A DNA stretch of 64,000 nt from an uncultured Bacteroidota bacterium (GTDB taxonomy: Bacteria > Bacteroidota > Bacteroidia > Flavobacteriales > Flavobacteriaceae), in the NCBI GenBank assembly GCA_903842575.1, contig CAIMMM010000006.1, positions 11,456 to 75,455 of the forward strand, given 5' to 3'. The position numbers were made by a program, and so were the translations under genes. Below are positions 7,844 to 15,119 of this stretch, in pieces. The notes beneath the pieces were generated by a model. The model saw only the letters and a program-made list of their open reading frames with translations, was not told the DNA's origin and ran no database searches. The number at the start of each line of letters is the position of its first letter. Positions within the stretch are counted from its first letter, which is position 1.

Positions 7844-8270
7844 GATTCACTTTTTTATATTTAATTCTAACCCAACCATCGTTTTCTATTGAAGCGTTCA
7901 CATTTGGATAATGCCCTGTTTTATCTATTTCTTCTAAAAACTGATATAGCGCCTCTTTTTCTGTCTCTTTAAAATTAAATCTTGGCATAGCTTTTATGCC
8001 GCTGCTCAACAAGGCTTTGATATATGCTTTATCTTTACCTTTAACGGAGACAATATTAGTCAAGTCGGGCCCAAGATAGCCGCCTAATCCGTAAATTTGA
8101 TGACAGGAATTGCAGTTGTTTGTCAACCAAATATTTTCACCATCAATAGCTTTTTTAGATAAATGAATTGTACCATAATCAGATTTTGAAGTATAAATAG
8201 TGAAATTATAAATACTAAAAATGATAATTAAAATAAGTAGAATTATTAAATATATCCTTGAGTGTTTCAT
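7833..8270 (-). CDS. membrane-anchored mono-heme cytochrome c (NorC-like position)
   Basis: One CNSCH heme-binding motif, a downstream AMPRF (candidate Met ligand) and an N-terminal TM helix. I prefer the start at MKHSRIYLI (ATG 8270..8268) over the longer track ORF. Confidence 0.7.
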   Translation of the reverse strand: MKHSRIYLIILLILIIIFSIYNFTIYTSKSDYGTIHLSKKAIDGENIWLTNNCNSCHQIYGLGGYLGPDLTNIVSVKGKDKAYIKALLSSGIKAMPRFNFKETEKEALYQFLEEIDKTGHYPNVNASIENDGWVRIKYKKVNHEK

Positions 8271-8294
8271 TAAGCAATAAAATATCTTAATCAC

Positions 8295-8329
8295 AAAAAA
8301 GCGTGAATTAAAACAGTTCACGCTTTTTT
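8295..8329 (-). terminator. rho-independent terminator-like hairpin after the fasciclin gene
   Basis: AAAAAAGCGTGAA-ttaaaacag-TTCACGCTTTTTT. On the minus strand the stem is followed by a T-run. Confidence 0.55.
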
Positions 8330-8370
8330 ACTTTAATTAAAATGAATAATATTTTTGAATTAATAATTAT

Positions 8371-8925
8371 TTATTTTGGCAATAGCACATCTCCAATTAC
8401 GTGTATAATCCCGTTAGAAGTTGGAATAGAAGCTAAAATTTCAGAACCGTTTACAAAAGTTTTATCTCCTTTTTTAGTGATTTTTACTTTTCCGCCAAAC
8501 ACCATATCATACTCTTGACCATCTTGCATGTACTCGGTTTTTAAAGTCCCAACATAAGTATGATAACCTAAAATATTTTGTAAATCTCCTTTTTTCTCAG
8601 GTTTCAACAATCCTTCAACAGTTCCTGCAGGAAGTTTGGCGAATGCTGCATTGGTTGGTGCAAAAACGGTAAAAGGACCCGCATTACTCAATGCTCTTAC
8701 TAAATCGGCAGCTTTTACAGCCGCAACTAAAGTTGTATGGTCTTTACTGCCAACAGCAACTTGAACAATGTTTGGCGACGAAGTTTCGTCAACAACACCT
8801 TCTTGTCCTGCGGCTTGTGTTTCGGTTGTTTCTGTAGTAGATGCTGATGCTGATTCACTGTTGTTCTTGCAACCAAAAGCAATAAGCAAACTCGCTAATA
8901 ACAAAGTTGTAATTGATTTTTTCAT
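8371..8925 (-). CDS. fasciclin (FAS1) domain lipoprotein
   Basis: Lipobox LIAFGC. FAS1 motifs TVFAPTNAAFAKLP and NGIIHVIGDVLLP. Confidence 0.8.
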   Translation of the reverse strand: MKKSITTLLLASLLIAFGCKNNSESASASTTETTETQAAGQEGVVDETSSPNIVQVAVGSKDHTTLVAAVKAADLVRALSNAGPFTVFAPTNAAFAKLPAGTVEGLLKPEKKGDLQNILGYHTYVGTLKTEYMQDGQEYDMVFGGKVKITKKGDKTFVNGSEILASIPTSNGIIHVIGDVLLPK

Positions 8926-8989
8926 AATATAAATGTTTATTTTATTTTAGTTTATAAATGCAAAGTAATTCATTATATGAATGATATTA

Positions 8990-9005
8990 TATGATATTAA
9001 TCATA
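8990..9005. promoter_or_regulatory. Fnr/Crp-type palindrome TATGAT-atta-ATCATA upstream of the fasciclin gene
   Basis: Perfect 6+4+6 inverted repeat. Overlaps the stop codon of the 9001..10248 gene. Centre about 72 bp upstream of the fasciclin ATG. Confidence 0.5.
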
Positions 9006-10248
9006 AAAGCGGAGAATTTTTATTTTTCTTTATAGAATAAATAGATGTGATTCCAATTCCAGTAACTAGTATAATAGCAATTCCAAAGAGCATTCCATTC
9101 ACGTGGGGTATAACAGTATAACTAAACGATGCAATGCCTTGTATTGCAAGTATAATTTCATTTAATAAAACCCCAATTGAAAAAATAATTACGCCTATTT
9201 TAATTTGTTTATTGAAATGAATGAAATGATTGGCATAAATATAAAAGAGCAAGAACAAACTAATAATTGCTAATAAAACCAGGTGTAAATAGGCAATGAC
9301 TATGGGTCTAAATCCAAATGCTAATTGACTTAAAGCGGGTATTGTTGAGCCCAATTGAAGTAAAAATTTTACGCTCAATGAAAAACCAACAAAAAGCAAA
9401 ATATAGCGCAAAAAGAATGGGTGATTATCAATCAATTCTTGTTTTGTTTTTACAAGAAGAATTAAAAATCGGAGCCATGAATAAACTTGAATGAAAGATG
9501 CAATTACCGTTACTACATATATCCAAATAGGCAAATCCCACCAAAGAGTAGATAAAAAATAAGCGGGAATACATGAAAAGAAAAAGAGTTTAAAGACAGT
9601 TGCGTAAAAGGGATTTTCGGAGGCTTTCAAATTCAAAAAAGAGAATAATAATCCCATACAAGCAAAGAAAAACCAACCGTTATATTGGAAATGCAAATAG
9701 AAATAAATGGAAGCTAAATATTCTTCCTGATGAATATTTTTAGTAATCATCATATATGCTAAAGCAAAAGTGCCTAGTGATGAAAGAATAGCAAAAAAGA
9801 GTGCTGCTTTAAACCAATTTTTAGATAAATCATCGGCGGGAATTAACTTTAAATCTTTGATGAAATAATAAGCAAAAAAGCAAAAAACTAGAATTGACGC
9901 CGTCGAAAATAGAATAGAGAAAAATCCATATCCTTCTATGCAGAAAAAAATTAACATGCCGTAAGCACAAATTAAATTTGCCACAAGAATGGCATTGTAT
10001 TTTTTACAACTCTTGTCTAATGTGTCTCGCCACGCCTCTTTCTTCACCAAAAAAGAAATCATTAACACCATCAAAGTATGACTAATCCAACCCGAAAACG
10101 CAAAATGGGAATGGGAATGTTGCAAATGTTTTTGGTCAAAAAAAGGAAATTCAAAACCAATTTTATATCGCATTAAGACACCAATTAGAGCAACAATTAA
10201 AAGGTTAATTAATGAAAATTTTAACCAAAACTTACTATTAAATTTCAT
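9001..10248 (-). CDS. polytopic membrane protein with a His-rich motif, function unknown
   Basis: 415 aa, about 12 hydrophobic segments, motif HLQHSHSHFAFSGW near TM2. Its ATG overlaps the TAA of the upstream Crp/Fnr gene by 1 nt. Confidence 0.55.
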   Translation of the reverse strand: MKFNSKFWLKFSLINLLIVALIGVLMRYKIGFEFPFFDQKHLQHSHSHFAFSGWISHTLMVLMISFLVKKEAWRDTLDKSCKKYNAILVANLICAYGMLIFFCIEGYGFFSILFSTASILVFCFFAYYFIKDLKLIPADDLSKNWFKAALFFAILSSLGTFALAYMMITKNIHQEEYLASIYFYLHFQYNGWFFFACMGLLFSFLNLKASENPFYATVFKLFFFSCIPAYFLSTLWWDLPIWIYVVTVIASFIQVYSWLRFLILLVKTKQELIDNHPFFLRYILLFVGFSLSVKFLLQLGSTIPALSQLAFGFRPIVIAYLHLVLLAIISLFLLFYIYANHFIHFNKQIKIGVIIFSIGVLLNEIILAIQGIASFSYTVIPHVNGMLFGIAIILVTGIGITSIYSIKKNKNSPLL

Positions 10249-10835
10249 TAGTAATATATTTTATGATTGATGATTTCTACCTTATTGCTAGCACTCATTT
10301 TAGCAAAAACACGTATTACAGTTTCTACTCTTAATCCCGTAAAATTAGCAATCTCTTGTCGTGTGAAAGGTACAATTTCTTTTTTGTCGCTATTTACTTT
10401 CTTATGTGCCTTTAAAAAAGCAATGATTCTAAACTCTGGTTTTTGATTAATTATAGCTGTAGTAGATTTTGCTTTGGAATGGATTCGTTTACACATCAAC
10501 TCCAAGAACTGTTTTTGAATATTAGGATATTCATCTAATATTTTTAAAAACTTTTCTTTCGACAATTTAATAATCTTGCTTTCTTGAAATGCAATCGCTA
10601 TTGATGGATATGTCTCATTAATAAACAAAGGAGGTTCACCAAAACTGTCTCCTGAATTAAAATATCCTTGTGTAAATTCTTTCCCTTCATCATTTGAATT
10701 AATCATTTTTACATTGCCATCCACAATTTGATAATAAAAATTAGCCGTTTCATTTTCATTAAAAATTACTTCGCCTTTTTTATATTCTTTAGCAATAGCT
10801 CCCCAAGTAAAAAGTAAATCTAAATCTATTTGCAT
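10248..10835 (-). CDS. Crp/Fnr family transcriptional regulator (no N-terminal Cys cluster)
   Basis: cNMP-binding-like beta-roll (GDSFGEPPLF). C-terminal HTH TRQEIANFTGLRVETVIRVFAKM with an E-T-V-x-R recognition helix like FNR. Only one Cys in the whole protein. Confidence 0.8.
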   Translation of the reverse strand: MQIDLDLLFTWGAIAKEYKKGEVIFNENETANFYYQIVDGNVKMINSNDEGKEFTQGYFNSGDSFGEPPLFINETYPSIAIAFQESKIIKLSKEKFLKILDEYPNIQKQFLELMCKRIHSKAKSTTAIINQKPEFRIIAFLKAHKKVNSDKKEIVPFTRQEIANFTGLRVETVIRVFAKMSASNKVEIINHKIYY

Positions 10836-11054
10836 TTCTGATTATTAGATTGTTATGTGATAAATCGATGCCTTTTTTTCACAACATATATTAAGGTTGC
10901 AAAATTAAACAATATGATTTCACTAAAAACTGACTATTATCATATTAAAGGATAAAATTCTTATTGTAAATTTGCCCCGTGAAAAAAATTTTATAAAAAT
11001 GAATTCACGCGTGTATTTTTTCATCTAATAAAAAACACTAAACCAAACAACTTT

Positions 11055-11426
11055 TTGAAAAAAATATTGATTATAGTAGCGTTGCTAATGTTTCTAAAAC
11101 CAACACTTCCGGTTTTAGATTATGCTATTAATTATAATTATATCTCAAAAGTGCTTTGTAAAAACAAAGATAAACCAAAAATGCATTGTAATGGAAAGTG
11201 TCATTTGATGAAAGAATTGGCGAAAGCTTCCGAGCAAGAAAAACCCATTTTCCCTAATAAAAAAACATCTATGCAAGAACAGGAAGTGTTGTTTTTTCAT
11301 AAGCTAAAATCATTAATTGTTGAGCAAATTTATTTTCAAAACACAACATCTAGTGGTGACAATTATACCAATTTGTATTTTTATATGAATAGTTGTAGCA
11401 CTTTCCATCCACCAACATTAGCCTAA
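11055..11426 (+). CDS. small secreted or membrane-anchored protein with a C-x11-C-x3-C-H motif, hypothetical
   Basis: TTG start, N-terminal hydrophobic segment, motif LCKNKDKPKMHCNGKCHLMKEL. Confidence 0.5.
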   Translation: MKKILIIVALLMFLKPTLPVLDYAINYNYISKVLCKNKDKPKMHCNGKCHLMKELAKASEQEKPIFPNKKTSMQEQEVLFFHKLKSLIVEQIYFQNTTSSGDNYTNLYFYMNSCSTFHPPTLA

Positions 11427-11519
11427 ATTTTATCGTTTTAAAAGCGTAATTATCATTGGCCTTTTGACTTTTGATGGTTTAGTATGCTATAGTTTTATTT
11501 AAAAATTTAAAAAACACAA

Positions 11520-12440
11520 ATGAAAAAAATATTTTTAGTTGTTGTACTACTAATTACAGCACTACAATCGTTTAGCCAATGCGCTTGTTGCGCAGGTGCT
11601 GGAATTGGCTCCTCAAATGGCGATTATAACAATGGGATTTTAACCTTGCCCCAGAAACTGTTTCTTGTTGAAGCCTATTCCGATTACAGAACAATAAAAA
11701 ATGGAAATGCTCCCGAGGAAGACGAAAAACTTTTAACAAAAATGTTGATTAGTTCATTGGGCATTCGCTATGGCGTTACCAAAAACTTGACCGTTTCTGT
11801 ATTATTACCCTACGTGAATTTATATACAAACAGTGGCTCTGATGGCGGATTTGGCGATTTAATTTTACTTGGGTCTTATAATATTTATTCAAAAGAAAAA
11901 TTCAATTTTGCCATTCAAGCCGGAATTGAACTTCCAACCGGAGAACAAAAAAACTCTAGTTTTGATAATACTACCGTAATTGTTGGGTCTGGGTCTTATG
12001 ATCCAATGATTGGGATTTTATTTTCAAAGCAATGGAACAAGCTTACTTTAAGCGGAAATGCGCTATATAAGCATACTACAAATGGGTTTCAAGACAACTA
12101 TTATGGAAGCTTATCCGTTCATGGCGTAGGTGTTTCCTATAAAATTAAAGGGGAAAGTTCTATTTGCGAAACGGATAGTTTAGCAACTAAAACTGCTAGT
12201 AATTTTGGTCTGTCTGCAATGGTTGGCTATAGTGGCGAATGGTTGGACAAACTAAAAGAAGATGGAGTTGTGGATGAAAATTCGGGACATTATTTAGGAC
12301 TTGCCAATTTTGGCGGCACTTTTTTATATAAAAAATGGGCTTTCCCCCTAACGCTTTCTATGCCAATTATTAATAAAATGAATGGGCTTCAAAATGATTT
12401 TGGTTACCGATTTAGAATAGGTGTCATTCGAGCTTTTTAA
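11520..12440 (+). CDS. outer-membrane beta-barrel protein (MetA-pathway/transporter-like family)
   Basis: Signal peptide, alternating beta-strand pattern, GFGDL and ELPTGE motifs, terminal aromatic residue (..GVIRAF). The mature N-terminus begins QCACCAGAG. Confidence 0.55.
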   Translation: MKKIFLVVVLLITALQSFSQCACCAGAGIGSSNGDYNNGILTLPQKLFLVEAYSDYRTIKNGNAPEEDEKLLTKMLISSLGIRYGVTKNLTVSVLLPYVNLYTNSGSDGGFGDLILLGSYNIYSKEKFNFAIQAGIELPTGEQKNSSFDNTTVIVGSGSYDPMIGILFSKQWNKLTLSGNALYKHTTNGFQDNYYGSLSVHGVGVSYKIKGESSICETDSLATKTASNFGLSAMVGYSGEWLDKLKEDGVVDENSGHYLGLANFGGTFLYKKWAFPLTLSMPIINKMNGLQNDFGYRFRIGVIRAF

Positions 12441-12452
12441 TTTATCCATCAC

Positions 12453-12483
12453 AAAAAAGGAACTCCATTGAGTTCCTTTTTTT
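12453..12483. terminator. bidirectional rho-independent terminator between convergent genes
   Basis: AAAAAAGGAACTC-catt-GAGTTCCTTTTTTT. A perfect 7-bp GC-containing stem flanked by an A-run and a T-run. Confidence 0.7.
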
Positions 12484-13717
12484 ATTTCTTCAAAATTCCA
12501 ACAACCGTTCCCAACATAACATTGGCTCCAATTGCCAAATCTTCATAGGATGAATATTCTAGCGGATTATGACTAATGCCGTCTTTACAACGCACGAAGA
12601 TCATGCCGTAATCGCAGGCATAAGAAAGCGCTAATGCATCGTGGAATGGACCACTCATTAATTCAATTTCGTCCAATTGCAGTTTTTGACATTCGGCGTG
12701 AATAAGTTCTTTAATCCAATCGGCGCAATAACGTGGATCGCTTTTGGTATCTTCAGAGATTTCGTAAGTTAATTTATGTTTCTTAGTAATTCCTTCAATT
12801 CGGTCACGAAGTTGTTTCTCGTAGCGATTTCTTCGTTCCAAATCAATATCGCGTAAGTCAACGGTAAACGTCACTTCTTCGGGAATAATATTTCGGGAGG
12901 CTGGAAAAACATTAATAGTTCCAACGGTTCCAACGGTTGGCGCGCCAGGAATTTGAGTGGCAATTTCGTTAACCGCAACAATGATTTCTGCGGCACCAAC
13001 TAAAGCATCTTTTCTAATTGGCATTGGTACAGAACCTGTGTGTCCTGCCATTCCTTTGAGTTTGACTGTCCACCACAATGGTCCTGAAATTCCGGAAACC
13101 ACCCCAATAGGTTTGTTTGCCATATCGAGAACTGGGCCTTGTTCAATGTGTAATTCCAAAAAGCAAAAGATACTACCTTGCTTGTATTCGGAGGCTTTGA
13201 ATTGCGTAACATCGCAGCCAAAATCTTTTAACGCTTGTTCGCGCGTAATTCCGTCTTTATCGGCGCGTTGCAATTCGCCTTCTTCTAGTTTTCCTAGAAT
13301 CCCTCGGGAACCAAACAATCCTTTATTAAAACGCCAACCTTCTTCATCGGCAAAGGAAATCACTTCAATAGATCGCTCGGAAGCAATGTTGTTTTCATGC
13401 AGTGTCGCCACTACTTCAATGGCGCACAAAACGCCAGCTACGCCATCAAAGCGTCCGCCATAAGGTTGGGAATCGAGATGAGAGCCCATCATCAAAACTG
13501 GTAAGTCCGGATTTTTGCCTTCGAGTCTTCCGATTAGATTTCCAAAATTATCAATACGCGTTGTCATTCCGGCCTCTTGCATCCAAGAAGCAGCAATTTC
13601 AAATCCTTGCTTTTCGAGTGCTGTATGTGCCGGCCGACACGTTCCGGTTTCTCCAATTTTACCAATTAGACTCATGGCTTCAAAATGCTGCTGTAGTCTT
13701 TGAGAATTTATCTTCAT
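12482..13717 (-). CDS. M20-family amidohydrolase (allantoate amidohydrolase / N-carbamoyl-amino-acid / beta-ureidopropionase type)
   Basis: MMGSHLDSQPYGGRFDGVAGV, FADEEG and ELHIEQGPVL motifs typical of AmaB/AllC-type Zn hydrolases. Last gene of the pyrimidine operon. Confidence 0.75.
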   Translation of the reverse strand: MKINSQRLQQHFEAMSLIGKIGETGTCRPAHTALEKQGFEIAASWMQEAGMTTRIDNFGNLIGRLEGKNPDLPVLMMGSHLDSQPYGGRFDGVAGVLCAIEVVATLHENNIASERSIEVISFADEEGWRFNKGLFGSRGILGKLEEGELQRADKDGITREQALKDFGCDVTQFKASEYKQGSIFCFLELHIEQGPVLDMANKPIGVVSGISGPLWWTVKLKGMAGHTGSVPMPIRKDALVGAAEIIVAVNEIATQIPGAPTVGTVGTINVFPASRNIIPEEVTFTVDLRDIDLERRNRYEKQLRDRIEGITKKHKLTYEISEDTKSDPRYCADWIKELIHAECQKLQLDEIELMSGPFHDALALSYACDYGMIFVRCKDGISHNPLEYSSYEDLAIGANVMLGTVVGILKK

Positions 13718-13749
13718 GTTATTTTAGATTAAAGAACGTAGAATATAGA

Positions 13750-13795
13750 CTAAAGAAATATCACTACTTCTTTCCTCTATATTCTATTCTCTATT
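13750..13795. repeat. intergenic nested hairpin (M20 hydrolase / preA spacer)
   Basis: AGAATATAG..AAAGAA-n10-TTCTTT..CTATATTCT. Confidence 0.5.
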
Positions 13796-13808
13796 TTCTT
13801 ATTTCTTT

Positions 13809-15077
13809 TTAATGATCATTTAAAGGTAAGCCTTGAGCTTGCCAATCTTTCCAGTTCACATATTCGGGTGCTACACGATGTTCCTCCATGGTGATGCAAT
13901 TATCCACGGGGCAAACCAATTTACACAAATTACAACCCACACATTCTTCTTCTTTCACGGTGTAATTGTTGTGTGGATTACCTCTTTCCACATTGATAGA
14001 TTGGTGCGACGTGTCTTCGCAAGCGATAAAGCACAAACCACAATGGATGCATTTGTCTTGATCGATTTTGGCAATATGGTGGTAATTGATATCTAAATCT
14101 TCCCAGTGTGTAATTTTTTCAACTGATTTTCCAATGAAATCGGTTGTTTTTTGATACCCTTTTTCATCCATCCAATTGTTTAAACCTTCGCACATGTCTT
14201 CTACAATTCGGAAACCATGCGTCATAGCAGCGGTACAAACTTGCACGGAAGTTGCTCCCAAAAGCATAAATTCTACAGCATCTTTCCAAGTGCTCACCCC
14301 TCCAATACCAGAAATTGGAACTCGGGAGGCTACATCATCTTGTGCAATAGTAGTTAGCATTTTCAAAGCGATTGGTTTTACGGCAGGACCGCAATAGCCA
14401 CCAAAAACACTTTTACCAGCCACATACGGATTGGGAACTAGCGTGTCTAAATCAACTCCTGTCACACTTTGAATTGTATTGATTAAACTTAATGCATTTG
14501 TTCCTCCTTCTACAGCGCCTCGTGCTGTTGGAACTACCGAATGTACGTTGGGCGTTAATTTTGTTATCACAGGAATAGTTGCTTTTTCCATCACCCATTC
14601 CACTACCATTTTGGCAATAGCTGGATCTTGTCCAACTGCCGCTCCCATTCCGCGTTCAGTCATTCCGTGAGGACAACCAAAATTTAATTCAAATCCCATT
14701 GCGCCTGCATCTTCACATTTCATGATGAGATCGTGCCATGATTTACGGTCGTTGTCTGCCATCAGTGAAACAATCATCGCTCTGTCGGGAAACATTTTTA
14801 CGACTTGTGTAATTTCTTTTAGATTAATATCTAAAGGACGGTCGCTAATTAATTCGATATTATTGAAACCCATCATGCGTTTGCCTCCGTAATTTACAGA
14901 AGAGTAACGTGAGGAAACATTTTTGACTTGCGAGCCTAATGTTTTCCATACAACTCCGCCCCATCCTGCTTCAAAAGCACGAACAACGTTTATTAATTTA
15001 TCGGTAGGTGGCGCACTGGCCAACCAAAAAGGATTGGGTGATTTTATGCCTAAAAAATCTGTTGATATATCTGCCAT
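13809..15077 (-). CDS. preA: NAD-dependent dihydropyrimidine dehydrogenase subunit PreA
   Basis: Dihydroorotate-dehydrogenase-like TIM barrel plus two C-terminal 4Fe-4S motifs (CIHCGLCFIACED, CVGCNLCKLVCP). Confidence 0.85.
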   Translation of the reverse strand: MADISTDFLGIKSPNPFWLASAPPTDKLINVVRAFEAGWGGVVWKTLGSQVKNVSSRYSSVNYGGKRMMGFNNIELISDRPLDINLKEITQVVKMFPDRAMIVSLMADNDRKSWHDLIMKCEDAGAMGFELNFGCPHGMTERGMGAAVGQDPAIAKMVVEWVMEKATIPVITKLTPNVHSVVPTARGAVEGGTNALSLINTIQSVTGVDLDTLVPNPYVAGKSVFGGYCGPAVKPIALKMLTTIAQDDVASRVPISGIGGVSTWKDAVEFMLLGATSVQVCTAAMTHGFRIVEDMCEGLNNWMDEKGYQKTTDFIGKSVEKITHWEDLDINYHHIAKIDQDKCIHCGLCFIACEDTSHQSINVERGNPHNNYTVKEEECVGCNLCKLVCPVDNCITMEEHRVAPEYVNWKDWQAQGLPLNDH

Positions 15078-15119
15078 AATAGTATTATTTAGTTCCGATA
15101 GTTTCGGAAGTTGAATTTT

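Noticed and set aside
10913-10944. TATGAT and ATCATA half-sites upstream of the Crp/Fnr gene, as a possible autoregulatory site.
   Set aside because: The hexamers are separated by 20 nt instead of 4, so this is not the same dimer-binding palindrome. Isolated hexamers like these are common in AT-rich DNA.
12957-13812. Long antisense or alternative-frame ORFs in the pyrimidine operon (12957..13463, 13402..13812, 17020..17391, 22061..22375 and similar).
   Set aside because: They lie entirely inside strongly motif-supported genes on the other strand or frame. Their translations are low-complexity (S/P/A/R-rich) with no recognisable motifs. These are typical shadow ORFs in the somewhat GC-richer enzyme genes.
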